Assembly (NCBI RefSeq): GCF_963921235.1
Contig: NC_086097.1
Location: forward strand, 96,784,001-96,848,000
DNA length: 64,000 nt
Direction: 5' to 3'
From: Mobula hypostoma
Taxonomy: Eukaryota
The position numbers and the translations under genes are program-made. The first letter of the stretch is position 1; every line of letters starts with the position of its first letter. A model generated the notes under the pieces. The model saw only the letters and a program-made list of their open reading frames with translations. It was not told the DNA's origin and ran no database searches. Positions 49,611 through 61,964 of this stretch are shown here, in pieces.

Positions 49611-50274
49611 TCACACTATGTGTCCCATCACATATATTACTTTACTCCTGCCTGTTTTACTGGCCCATTCTCTCTCCTCTCCATCCCTCCACTTTTTAAT
49701 TTCCCAAACTCACAATACTTTTAGAAATATATATTGTTTTGGAATTTCTGGCTAGCTTAGTCTCAAACTCTCCCTTTTCCTTTCATACTAATACTAATCC
49801 TAAGTCTTTCTATTCTATCCAGTTCATGCAATAATGTGCATTTTTATTAAGCCTGATACTAGTTTTTAATTCTTGTACGGCACAAGAATGGAATTTTCTT
49901 CTCTCATTCAATCTTTTCTGTTCTGTGAATTCGAAAAATCCCTTTTGACAACTGCCATCATGTTACAACTGACACACCCCATAATGTTACGTCAATCGAC
50001 TTTGTCCAGTTTATACCTCATGACTCATAGTAATTCATTTAAATTTAAACAACTAGACTTATTCTTCTGTTCCTCAGACTGGGTGTAAAAATCAATCATA
50101 TCATGGTTGCTGCTACCTCGTATGGAAAGAAAGAAAGAGTGAAAAAAATAACAGGCCTTTTCACCCCTTCTGAGTCTCCTGTAAAGTACCCATTTCCACA
50201 CCATATTCTCATCAATTACTGTCCAGATTCCACACTCATTTCCACATGAAGGGTAATGCACAGCAGCTGGTTAA

Positions 50275-50428
50275 CCTCCCACCCTCCAACGGCAACAGGA
50301 GCCATACTTGGTCACAAGGAGAACGTGCAGACTTCATTCAGACAGCACTGAAGGTCAGGATTAAACCCAGCTCGCTGGAGCTGCCGGGAGGCATTTGTAC
50401 TGACTGTGCCACCGTGCTGCCGCCTTAA
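50275..50428 (-). mobile_element. V-SINE head fragment
   Basis: Minus strand ggcggcagcacggtggcacagtc...gggtttaatcctgacc...tctgcacgttctccttgtgacc. Confidence 0.6.
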
Positions 50429-50734
50429 AGTTGAAAGAGCATTAAGAGCGAAGAAAACGCATGTCAGCTGGTATATTGTATACATTTCTCTGACATAAAA
50501 CGTACCTTTTGAAACCTTTGAATTAATCCTGCCTCATTACACAATACCAGATCTGTTTTCCGTTTGGTTCCAATTCAACAAATCTATCTCAAAAACCGTC
50601 CCACAAAATCTTCATCCAGTTACCTTCACCAATCTTATTTTCTGTTAAATATATGAAGGTTAAAGACTCTCATGATCATCATATGATCATTCCATTTGAT
50701 GCCTTCTACAACAGTTTGATTTTTTTCTATCAAA

Positions 50735-50955
50735 GTATCTTCTGCACACCACTGTTGTTACACACCTTTAATTGAGTTACTGTCGCCTTCCTGTCAGCTT
50801 GAACCAGTTTGGCCATTCTCCCCTGACTTCTCTCGTTAGCAGGCTATTTTCAGCCCAGAACTGCAGCTCACTGGATGTTTTTGTTTCATGCACCGTTCTC
50901 TGTAAACTCTGGAGATTATTGTGCGTGGAAGTCCCAGGAGATCAGCAGTGTCTGT
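50735..50955 (-). mobile_element. Tc1-like transposon fragment
   Basis: gagttactgtcgccttcctgtcagcttgaaccagtttggccattctc...ctgcagctcactggatg resembles widespread fish Tc1 non-autonomous elements. Confidence 0.65.
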
Positions 50956-50959
50956 ATTG

Positions 50960-51410
50960 GAACCTGACAAGTAAGGAAGGTGAAAATGGGAATCAGTAGC
51001 AAAGAGGTGAAGGGCAAAATGGAATCACTTGAGGCAGGAGAATGAGAGGGGGGAAGGTGTATGGAATGAGAGGGGAGTGGGATGAAAATGGGTGGTGGGG
51101 GGCCAGAGAGGGATCTGATCAGAAGGGGAGACGGTGGGGAGGAAACACAGGAGAGAAGGGGAGGATGGTAGATGGATCAGAAAAGAGAGAGGGGGTGGGG
51201 ACCCCAGAAGGTGCAAGCTGGGAAAAGTTCATGGACTGTCGATTACCGAGGCAGAATATGAGGTGTTGCTTTTCTTGTGCTGGCCTCACTCTGGCAGTGG
51301 AGAAGACTGGGGTTGTGTGGGAATGGGAAGGAGGGCTGGGGTAGAATGCATCTGGGAGCTGAGGATGGCCACTGCGAACAGAGCACAGATGCTCAGCAAA
51401 TCAGTCAGCC
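50960..51410 (-). mobile_element. Degenerate Penelope-like GIY-YIG/pLTR fragment
   Basis: Purine-rich pLTR and remnant homologous to 14975-15530. Confidence 0.6.
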
Positions 51411-51654
51411 AGTATGAGGTTAAGTCTTGCCGACTAATTTGGTCATCTTATACCAGACTACCGATAACAGAAAATTCAATTGAAATCCCAATGATAACAT
51501 CAACCATTAAAATAGCCTGATTCAAGTAATGTGACACCCGCCACTAAAACCAAGAAGCTTCCAGAACGATACAGAGGCAACTGTAACCACTGAAAAAATC
51601 TCTGAACAATTGCATCTACAGAAGTCATACTATGAAAATACAAGCAAGCATAAC

Positions 51655-51898
51655 TGTTATGTTTTGTAACTGTAAACCATTAAGCTAATTCAAAGGAAGA
51701 CACAGGAGTCTAAAATGCATATTTAACTTTGAGTTTCATTTAAGCGAGGCACTGCACGAATCACGTGGTAACGTGATGATGTATGCATACACGTATTTGT
51801 ACATATACCTCATTATGAATTATTTAAACAAACAAGAACACTTAATCATCCAATATATAAGAATACTAAAATATTATTGAAATATTAAATGCACAGCA
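51655..51898 (-). repeat. 3' LTR (244 bp) of the Gypsy element
   Basis: TG...CA termini; immediately preceded on the minus strand by polypurine tract AGGGGGGAG. Confidence 0.8.
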
Positions 51899-52239
51899 CT
51901 CCCCCCTGCTTAGGTATATAGTCAAACTCCATAGAGAATGTACCTCAATTATAAACACTGTATACTATTATGCAACTGCTATATACAGACATCCACAGCA
52001 TAGCAAATTTTAAATTGTCACATTCAGGTATATAAATTTAATTGCTGTGGAAGATTTCTTACTCTTCTGGGATAACATCTTTCCTGACAAGGGGGTCACT
52101 CTACTTGGCAGGAGAGACTTGTGGCTGTGAAACAATCTGGTTCTGGGGCCTCCTCCATGGAGGTTGTCGGAGTTGACTCTGAGACTGTAGGAAGTGGTTC
52201 TGATAGCTCTGGACACCTTTCTCCTCCCTTACTCTCTCC

Positions 52240-52853
52240 GGACCTACTTCAATCCTCCTTTTTTTTCTTTCTCCCATTCCTTTTCTGTTTCCCATTCACA
52301 TTCTTTCTCTCCATCTCATACCCCCCCCCCTTTATTTCTTCTTCTAGTTTGTGCATCTTGATCTTGGGAAGATACATTTAGTTCACTGGAGTATTCTCAT
52401 GAATGCTTCTATTGCTCCATTTATGATCTGATTTTTCCTGCTGCTTTCCTCATCCACAACATCATCGAATGAATCCTCTGTTTTTGTATCTACATTGACT
52501 CCTTTTTTTGGCATTCCATTCATCCAGCTGGTTTTTGTCTTTGCATCTACTTTTACAAGCAGCTTTTTGTCTCCCAGTTGAACTTCATCCAATAACCTTA
52601 ATGCACACAGGGTAAATTCTGTTCTTTATACTCACAAAATTCAATTGCTTGCAACTTTTCTGAGACTCCTTGAACTCTCTTCCAGCTGCAAACCAAACCA
52701 CATTTCATGTGTAACTGCCTAGTTGACATATCAGAGGCTTTCTCAGATATGTTACCTACAGCTTTCATCATTTTTGTGCTTCCTCTGAGCAATATAGTCC
52801 TTTCTTTGTCCCGTCTGCTTTCCAAACAGAAACAAAGAGGTTGGCACCAATGC
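52240..52853 (-). pseudogene. RBM25: Intron-less RBM25 fragment (RRM and start of RE-rich region), frameshifted retrocopy inside Gypsy
   Basis: ALVPT..GKQTGQRKD..NDESC/VGNISEKASDMSTRQLHMKCGLVCSWKRVQGVSEKLQAIEFCEYKE/EFTLCALRLLDEVQLGDKKLLVKVDAKTK/QLDEW..NQIINGAIE../EYSSELN is collinear with vertebrate RBM25. Confidence 0.93.
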
Positions 52854-53469
52854 CTATTTGTCTTCTGTTGGGCAACAGTTCATGGTGCTTGGCATGGAGA
52901 CTATTGTGGCTTCATCCAGTACCTTACTTAATTCACTTTCAGTTGACTTTATTGTAGGGGATGTGGCATGAACATATTGAATGGATCTCCAATCAAGTTG
53001 CAGTTGTCTCAGCCAATCATGCTCCACAATGTTGGTCCTTCTGTTTTTACCACGTACAAGCTCAATGTGGCTTGCTGGCTGTTTTATTTCATAGTTATGA
53101 ATGTCATTCCCACAGGAGATATCTTTTCTCCAGTATGTTTTTAATTGAATATCTTCAGACTTCAGTTTGGTATCTTTGAAATGACATTCAAACTATTTTG
53201 TGGAATGACTAAAACAGCTGAGCCTGTGTGCAAGGAACACAAGATCTGTGTTGCTTGGATTCCAGCACCTGCAGATTTTCTCTTGTTTGTGAGTCAGTGT
53301 CCAATTTTAATTAACTTGCTGTTCACTTCTGGTGTAAGCGATATTGCTTGCCTATTACTAATTTTCAAACAGTAAATCTCAAGGCCACACAGTCCTGTGT
53401 CACTGCATCCTTACCAGTTTTTTTTCATCAGTAGCATGCAGATTAGTGCTGGTTTTGAAACTACAATAT

Positions 53470-53937
53470 GAGATTTACAAGGATGTTGTCTGGGTTGGAG
53501 AGCATGCCTTATGAGAATAAGTTGAGTGAACTCGGCCTTTTCTCCTGAGAGCGATGGAGGACGAGAACTAACCTGTTAGAGGTGTATATGATGGTGAGAG
53601 GCATTGACCACGTGGATAGTCAGAGGCTTTTTCCCAGAACTGAAATGGCTAACATGAGAGGGCACAGTTTTAAGGTGCTTGGAAGTAGGTACAGATGAGA
53701 TGTGAGGGGTAAGTTTTTTTTTACACAGAGTAGTGAGTGCGTGGAATGGGTTGCCGGTGACGGTAGTGGAGGCAGATACAATAGGGTCTTTTAAGAGACT
53801 CCCGGATCGGTACATGGAGCTTAGAAAAATAGAGGTTTCTGGGTAACCCTCGGTAATTTCTAAAGTAAGTACATGTTCAGCACAGCATTGTGGGCTGAAG
53901 GGCCTGTATTGTGTTGTAGATTTTCTATGTTTCTATG
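53470..53937 (+). mobile_element. CR1 3' fragment nested in Gypsy gag
   Basis: Same 3' end as 30130-30595; (ttctatg)n tail. Confidence 0.88.
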
Positions 53938-54249
53938 ACTTATTATCTTTTTCTTCTTCCTGTGCAGACCATTGACTTTTGTCTGCCTGACGTGCTCTTT
54001 GTATATGAACTATTTTGTTGCATTCCTTGCAAGTTTTGCTTTAAATCTGCATTGGTTTGGTGTATGTGAGCCCCTGCTACAATGGTAACACAGTTTGTTC
54101 AGCCAGGCAGGTTTCTGTTTAGACACTGCAATTTTGTTCACACTCACTTTTATTCTTGACTGCAACTCAATTTTATCTCTTTATGTAGTTTCCATTGAAA
54201 CATCAATTTCAACTGCTCTCTTAAATGCAAGTTGTGCTTCAGTTAGGAG

Positions 54250-56173
54250 CATAGTTCCCTCTAAGCTGTGCGCGTGCACACACACACATTTTTCAACCAG
54301 CGCACAAAGGAAATTAATGTGCGCACAAGAGGTTAGTTACCTAAAATAATGTGGTAGTTAATAATTATACTTATTGAAAATAATCTTTTACATAACTATT
54401 TCTGTTAACTGGTTTGTCGGTTTTTCAAATACCACAATGCATGTCACTAATGAACGTAACCTCACCTATCCTGTTCCGGTTTGTACAGCTGTATCACGGC
54501 GGCAGCCATGTTTGGCAGACAGTGTTCATATCATAAAGTTTACAAAGATCTGTTTCAAATCCTTTCGATAGCTTACTAAGTTTTTATTGGAAAAAATATT
54601 GATTCACTATGTCAAATTCAAAAGAAGCAAAGGGCGTGAAGTGCAAAAGAACTGCAAATTTGTTTGAAGTTGAATGGCTTAACAAAATAGTAGAAACTGT
54701 TACACTGGAAGCTCATGAGGTCATGAATGTTCAGCTACGAGAAATATTTATGTATGATTCAGAAACTGGAGTTATCTGTTTGTATTGTCGTGATGAGAAA
54801 GTTGCTGGAGAATTTGCTAGTGGAAAGAAATGGGTTGATATTTGGAAGTTTGACTTTTTGAAGCATCATTTGGCAAGTAAGTCGCATTTGGATAGTGTGC
54901 AAAAGCTCAGGCAACAGAACCCATCATTACGCATTACCCATTATAGGAGAACATGTTACAATTGAGTGCAAATGGGCGAGAGCAAAAATGATCAAACCCA
55001 GAGGAGATCAAAATTGAGGTACAAGAATGGTCAGCTTTTGATTTCTCCGCAATTGCAGATTGTGACTTCACATTTGGCAATAAACAAGTTTATGCCTTAT
55101 GTCTAAAATATCATGATTTTCTAGCTGAAAATATTGTAATAGTTAGACAGTTCCATGATTTCAAATTTTCCGTGCAAGAAAAAATTAAATCCAAACCGAT
55201 TTCAAGCTTTGCTCAAATGGTGGCATTTGTACTTCAAAATGAATAGTTTTGCAACCTTGCACAGTTGATGGACATTGGGGGAACCTTTCTTGCGTCTAGT
55301 GCGGACTGCGATTGAGGTTTTAGCTTAATGAATCAACTCAAAAACAAGCTGAGAAACCATTTAGGTGAATGCCATTCGGACATGTTAATGAGAATCAAAA
55401 GCTATCAATGGGATAGAAGTTCTATGAGTCGAGATAGAGTTTACAAAGAATGAGTAGATGCCAAAGACAGGAGAGAGAAAAAAATAACTGAGTGACTTAA
55501 ATATGATAAAAATTAAATATCTCCAACCTGATGGCATGAAAATGGATTTCTCTAACTTCTGCTAATGCCCCTCCTCCCCTTATCCCATTTCTTATTTATT
55601 TATTTATTTATTTATTATTCCCCCCCCCTTTTTTTTCTCTCTCTCTCTGTCCTTCTCACAATCACTTCTTGCCTGCTCTCCATCTTCCTCTGGGCTCCCC
55701 TCCCACTTTCTTTCTCCCTAGGCTTCCCGTCCCATGATCCTCCCCCTTCTCCAGCTCTGTATCCCCTTTGCCAATCAACTTTCCAGCTCTTGGCTCCATC
55801 CCTCCCCCTCCTGTCTTCTCCTATCATTTCGGATCTCCCCCTCCCCCTCCCCCTCCCCATCCCACTTTCAAATCTCTTACTATCTCTTCTTTCAGTTAGT
55901 CCTGACGAAGGGTCTCAGCCCAAAATGTCGACTGTACCTCTTCTTATAGATGCTGCCTAGCCTCCTATGTTCACCAGCATTTTGTGTGAGTGTGACTTAA
56001 GTATGTATGTTATTTTGTTGTTATTCTGTGCAGTTTTATATCAGACTATTTGTAAACCTACATAAACTGTCCCATGTGTGCATTCAGTGCGCACATCTTT
56101 TGTCACAGGAAAAAAATTTGCACAACCTAAGATTTTTGCGCACACTGACTACTAAAAATTAGAGGGAACATTG
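54250..56173 (+). mobile_element. hAT DNA transposon (internally deleted), 15-bp TIR, 8-bp TSD gttaggag
   Basis: TIRs catagttccctctaa / ttagagggaacattg; TSD at 54242-54249 and 56174-56181; N-terminal zinc finger (ICLYCR..LKHHLASKSH, 54609-54965) and dimerisation motif ASSADC..GFSLMNQLKNKLRN near 55290-55400. Confidence 0.92.
55501..55991 (+). mobile_element. Penelope-like 3' fragment nested in hAT, with decayed hammerhead motif (55897-55934)
   Basis: SLQPDGM.MDFSNF-like end, pyrimidine-rich pLTR, tagtcCTGACGAagggtctcagcccAAAAtgtcgactg; flanked by gtgacttaa duplication. Confidence 0.8.
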
Positions 56174-56429
56174 GTTAGGAGCCATTTTTGATTGCTTTCC
56201 TTTAAGATTCCACAAACTAAATGATATCTTAGCATATAATTAAGCCTAATACCGAATTAATAATGCTCAATCTCTTCAATTCAGCCACATTTGCCAAAAA
56301 GGACTCCTCTTCATTTTGATTCTGTTTCTGAAACCTAAAGCATTCTGCGCAGGATCAACAGTGGCTTTGATTCAAAGCAAACAGTATGTCTTTATACCCA
56401 ATGCACCTAGCAAAATCGGTACTCATTTC

Positions 56430-59068
56430 AGACCATAAAATACAAGAGCAGAATAAGGCCATGTGACACATTGAGCCTGCTCCACCATTTCACAACTGAT
56501 AATCCAGTTTTCCTTTCGACTCCAATCTCCTACCTTCTCCCGGTATCCCTTCATATCCTGACCAATCAAGAATCAATCAACAACTGCCTTAACACTTGGT
56601 CTCCACAAAGAATTCCACAGATTCACCAGTCTCTGGCAAAAGAAATTCCTCCTCATCTCTGTTCCAAAAGGATGCCCCTCTATTCTGAGACTGTCCTCTG
56701 GTCTTAGACTTCCCATCATAGGAAACATCCTCTCCACATCCACACTATCAAGGCCTTTCACCATTCCATGGGCTTCAATGAGGTCACACCTCATCCTTTT
56801 GAATTCCAGTGAATACAGGCCCACTGCCATCAAATGCTCTTCATATGACAAACCATTCAAACCTGGAATTATTTTCATGAACATCCTTTGAACTCTCCAG
56901 TTTTAGTGAATGCTTCTAAGATAAGGGGCCCAAACTTGCTCACAATACTCCAAGTGAGGCCTTACCAGTGCTTTATAAAGTCCCAACATTACGTTCTTGC
57001 TTTTTATATTCTAGTCTTCTTGAAATAAGTGCTAACAATGCATTTGTCTTCCTTACCACAGACTCAACATGCAAAATAACCTTTCAGGAATCCTGCACAA
57101 GGACTCCCAAGTCTCTTTGTGCCTCAGATTTTGGTATTTTCTCTCCACTTAGAAAACAGCCAACGCTTTCATTCCTACAACTAAAGTGCACGAACATACG
57201 CTTCCAGACTCTGTATTCCATCTGCCACTTCTTTGTCCATTCTCCTAATCTGTCTAGGTCTTTCTGTAGCCCCTCTACTTCCTCAAATCTACCTCCCTTT
57301 ATATCATCTGCAAACTTTGCAACAAAGCCATCAATTCTATCATCCAAATCATTGACAAATAACTTATAAAGAAGTGGTCCTTTCACAGACCCCTGTTGAA
57401 CACCACAAGTCACTGGCAGCCAAACAGAAAAGGCTCCCTTTATTCGCTCTCTTTGCCTCCTGCCAATCAGCCACTGCCTTATCCATGCAAGAATCTTTCC
57501 TGTAATTCCATGGGCTCATAGCTTGTCAAGAAGCCTCATACGTGGCACCTTGTCAAAGGCCTTCTAAAAATCCAAGTTCACAACATAAACCAATTCTCGT
57601 TTGTCTAACCAGCTTGTTATTTCTTTAAAGAATTGCAAAATATTTGTCAAGAAGGATTTGGCTTTGAGGAAACCTTGCTGACTATGGCCTATTTTATCAT
57701 GGGCCTCCAAGTACCCCGAGACCTCATCCTTAACAATCGACTCCAACATCTTCCTAACCACTGAGGTCAGACTGACTGGACTATAATTTCCTTTCATCTG
57801 CCTCTCTCCTTTCTTGAAGAATGGAGTGACATTTGCAATTTTCAAGTCTTCTGGGACCATTTCAAAATCTAGTGATCCTTGAAAGATCATTAATAATGCC
57901 TCTACAATCTCTTCAGCCACCTCTATCAGAACTTTGGGGTGCACACCATCTGGTCCAGGTGACTGATCTACCTCAAGTCCTTTCAGTTTCTCAGGAACCT
58001 TCACACACTTTATGACCTCTGACACCTGGACCTTCCATCATACTACTAGTGTCTTCCACAGTGGAAGACTGATGCAAAATACTTAGTCAGATCGTTCACC
58101 ATTTCATTGTCTCCCATTATGATTCCCCTGCATTGTGTTCCAGTGGTCTGATATCCACTCTCACCTCTCTTTTACACTTTATGTATCTGAAGAAACTTTG
58201 CTATCCTATTTAATATTATTGGCTAGCTTACTTTAGTATTCCACCTTTACTTTCTTAATGACTTTTTTAGTTGCCTTCTGGTGGTTTTTAAAAGCTTTCC
58301 AATCCTCTAAATTCCCACTAATTTTTGCTCTATTATATGCCCTCTCTTGTTTTTTTTTATGTTGGCTTTGACTTCTCTTGTCAGCCACGGTTGTGTCATC
58401 TTCCCTTTAGAATACTTCTTTCTCTTTGGGATGTATATATCCTGTGCCTTCTGCATTGCTTCCAGAAATCCCAAACATTGCTGCTCTGCCATCATCTGTC
58501 AGTGCTTTCAATTTAGGCCAGCTCCTCTCTCATGCCTCTGTAATTCATTTTATTTTACTATAATACTGATACATCTGACTTTAGCTTCTCCATCTCAAAA
58601 TTCAGAGAGATTTCTGTCATATTATGATTACCTTAAACTTTCTAATGAATTCCGGTTCAGAGCACAACACCCAATCCAGAATAGCTGATCCACTAGTGGG
58701 CTCAACCATGAGCTGCTCTGAAAAACCATCTCATAGGCACTCTAGAAACTCCCCCTCCTGGAATCCAGCACCAACCTGATGTTCCCAATCTACCTGCATA
58801 TTGAAATCCCTGTGACTATTGTAACATTGCCTTCTTGACATGCATTTCTTCTTTCCTGTTGTAGCTTGTAGAGCACATCCTTACTACAGTTTGGGGGTCT
58901 GTATACAACTCCTATCATGGTCGCTTTAACTTTGCAGTTGCTCAGCACTATCCACAATGATTCAACACTTTCTGACTCTGTGTCACCTCTTTCTAATAAT
59001 TTGATTTCATGTTTTTACTAACAAAGCAATGCCACCCCCTACCTTCCTGCCTGCCCTTTTGATACAAT
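56430..59068 (-). mobile_element. CR1 LINE ORF2 remnant
   Basis: SPGPDGVHPKVL, GNYSPVSLTS, FADD, ORF2 C-terminus and tail. Confidence 0.9.
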
Positions 59069-59474
59069 AGCTGAGCAGATGTAAAGAAAGGAAAAAAAAC
59101 TCGAGCTTTTCTTTTGTTTTGTCTGACTGAAGCCATGAAGAGCTAAAACCTCAAGATCACCACTCTGACTCTGTCCACTTAGACAATGTCCACTGCGACG
59201 ATGGCTGCTGTTCTCACCCTGCGCTTTAATTTGCTCTTGCTAATCAGTCCCAAACGCTGCCTTCCCTCTAGATAAAACTCTTTTTTTCCTGTAGTGACCT
59301 GCTGCTGCCTTTTTTACTTGGGTGGTAGACCTGATTGAAATCCCCTTGTAATGTATGGATCTATTTCTTCTTGAGCAATGACTCTCCTCAGCACCGTGAA
59401 TAAACTGTTGTTTACACAGGTGTATTGATCTGTTGTCAATGTGTGCGTGTTGATCTGTTGTCTACAAATGCACC

Positions 59475-61165
59475 TTAGTTGCCAGAGAGCTTGACATTGC
59501 AGCCCTGAGTGAGACTCGTCTTGCCAACGAAGGTCAGCTGACTGAAACTGGAGGTGGATACACTTTTTTCTGAAGTGATTGTGGCAGCAATGAGCGTCGT
59601 GATGCTGGAGTTGGATTCGCTGTCAGGAGTCACCTTGTTCGGAAACTTGCTAGTCTCCCCGAGGGTGTGAACGACCGGCTCATGACACTACAGCTTCTGC
59701 TACAGAACAGAAGTCAAGCCACCCTGATCAGCACCTATGCCCCCACAATGACCAACCCGGACGAGACAAAAGACAGGTTCAATGAAGAACTAGACGCTCT
59801 ACTATTAGTAGTGAGCAGCACCGACAAGCTGATCTTGCTCGGCAACTTCAATGCATGAGTAGGGTGCGATTCTGCAGCCTGGCAGGGAGTTGTTGGGAGT
59901 CATGGAGTGGGCAAATGTAACAGTAACGGCCCACTCTTACTAAAGACCTGTGCAGCACACGACCTGCTCATCACCAACACAACTTTCCGCTTGCCTACCC
60001 GTAGGAAGACCTCCTGGATGCACCCCCGCTCTAAGAATTGGCATCTTATCAACTATGTCATTGTCAGGAGAAAAGACAGGCAGGATGTCAGAGTGACCAA
60101 GGCCATGTGTGGCGCTGACTGCTGGACGGATCACAGGCTCGCTGTCTCCAAAATGAAGCTCCACATCAGACCCAAGAGGCGACCACAAGGAAGCAAGGCA
60201 ATGAAAAGGATTAATGTGGCCAGGCTGAAGAACCCCAGCATTGCTTCAGCACTGGTTGAAGATTTAGAAACCAAGCTTTCTGACCCACACCTTGCAGGCA
60301 GCGCTGTGGACGACTGGGATCGCTTCAGGGATGCTGTCCATTCATCTACACTAAAGATGCTAGGGCTCTCTACCCACAAGCAGCATGACTGGTTCGATGA
60401 GAATGATGAGGAGATACAGGGTCTACTTGTTGAAAAGCACCGCCTTCATCATGCCCATCAGAATGACACATCATCAGCTGCCAAGAAAAACGCCTTTACC
60501 AGTGCTCACAGGATAGTTCAGAATAAACTGTGTAAGATGCAAGATGCCTGGCTGAGTGCCAAGGCAGATGAAATACAGGGATACGCTGACGGAAACGATT
60601 CTATAAAGCCCTCAACACTCTCTATCGACCTCAATCTCTCGGGAGCTCCCCCCTCCTGAGTATAGATGGTACAACTCTCATTACAGAGAAGGTTCCGATC
60701 CTGCAGAGATGGGCTGAACTCTTTGAAACCGTTCTCAACTGACCATCATCTATTGACGATGAGGTGATAGACAGGATTCCCCAGGTTGACATCAACAGTA
60801 CCATGGATGACCCACCGGTAGTAGCCGAAGTCTCGAAAGCTGTCAGCCAGCTATCCAGTGGCAAAGCCCCAGGGGCAGACGCCATACCCGCAGAGATCTG
60901 CAAAGCCGGTGGTCCTGTACTTATACAGAAGCTCACCGAGTTGTTCCAGTCTTTTTGGAAGCAAGGATCTATTCCTCAGGAACTTAAAGATGCATCCATC
61001 GTACACCTCTACAAGAGGAAGGGCAATCGACAAGTATGCGACCACCACCGAGGAATCTCGCTGCTCTCCATCACAGGAAAAACCCTTGCAAGAGTCCTGC
61101 TAAATCGTCTGGTCACTCATCTGGATCTGGGCCTGCTGTCAGAGTCACAGTGTGGCTTTCGCAAA
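59475..61165 (+). mobile_element. RTE/BovB-like LINE: endonuclease and RT N-terminus
   Basis: [58 protein letters not shown]. Confidence 0.92.
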
Positions 61166-61442
61166 GCGCCTCTTTCGCCTCAGATGGTTGAAGAAATTTG
61201 GAATGAGTCCCCAAATCCTAAGGACTTTCTACAGGGGCACAATGACTGGCTGCCTCACTGCCTGGTTGGGAACTGTATTCCTCTCAATCGCAGGACTCTG
61301 CAGAGTGGTGCGGACAGCCCAGCGCATCTGTAGATGTGAACTTCCCACTATTCAGGACATTTACAAAGACAGGAGTGTATAAGTTGCCCGAAGGATCATT
61401 GGGGACCCAAGTCATCCCAACCACAAACTGTTCCAGCTGCAG
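61166..61442 (+). mobile_element. Rex1-type 3' fragment (same family as 5121-6310)
   Basis: KKFGMSPQILRTFYRG...ELPTIQDIYKDR. Confidence 0.8.
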
Positions 61443-61964
61443 GAAATGGCACAGTCGATGGGCCAAATGGCTTAATTCTGCTCCTATATCTTAAGATCTT
61501 ATCTTGGAGAACAATATCAATGTTAAACTAGAAGAAAAATATCAATTGTGCAGCCCAATTGAACAATATCTTTTTCAAGTGATCACAATTTCAAGTTTGT
61601 CGAACACCCAATGTGTAATGAAAAACAATCATGCAAGTAGTAACCACAAGTGTTTCTGAGCTGAAGCCCGCAAGAGAGTCCCATAGTGCAGCACAGAGCC
61701 GAGTAAATGTGTGGAGCAGCGACCTGAACCGGCCCCACCTTGCCTCGGACCACGACACCCTGACCTTGTCAGTCTGACCCAGCACTTAACTCTCTGACTG
61801 AACATCAGGTTCTGCTGCTTCTAGCAGCAATCTGAACCAGCCGGTACCTTAACCTACCTCTTGCAGCAGTGGGAACTGAGCCCAGGTCACCTGTGCTACA
61901 AAGCATTGTGTTGACCACTATGTCACCGTTGCCAGCCTGAGATCAGAAGGTGACTCCATCTGAG

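Larger units (their letters stand above)
51655..56428 (-). mobile_element. Gypsy (Mag/K02A2.6-like) LTR retrotransposon: gag-protease-[RBM25 insert]-integrase tail-PPT-3' LTR, with nested insertions
   Basis: gag 56180-56428 (AECFRFQKQNQ) and 53940-54249 (EAQLAFKRAVEI, CYHC..H...C); protease about 52905-53430 (WLRQLQLDW); IN C-tail 52010-52240 (RCPELSEPLP...RCYPRRVRNLPQQLNL); PPT 51899-51907. 5' LTR not found. Confidence 0.88.

Noticed and set aside
52383..52825. RBM25 as a functional gene
   Set aside because: Multiple frameshifts, deletions and stops, no start exon, and embedded in a retrotransposon.
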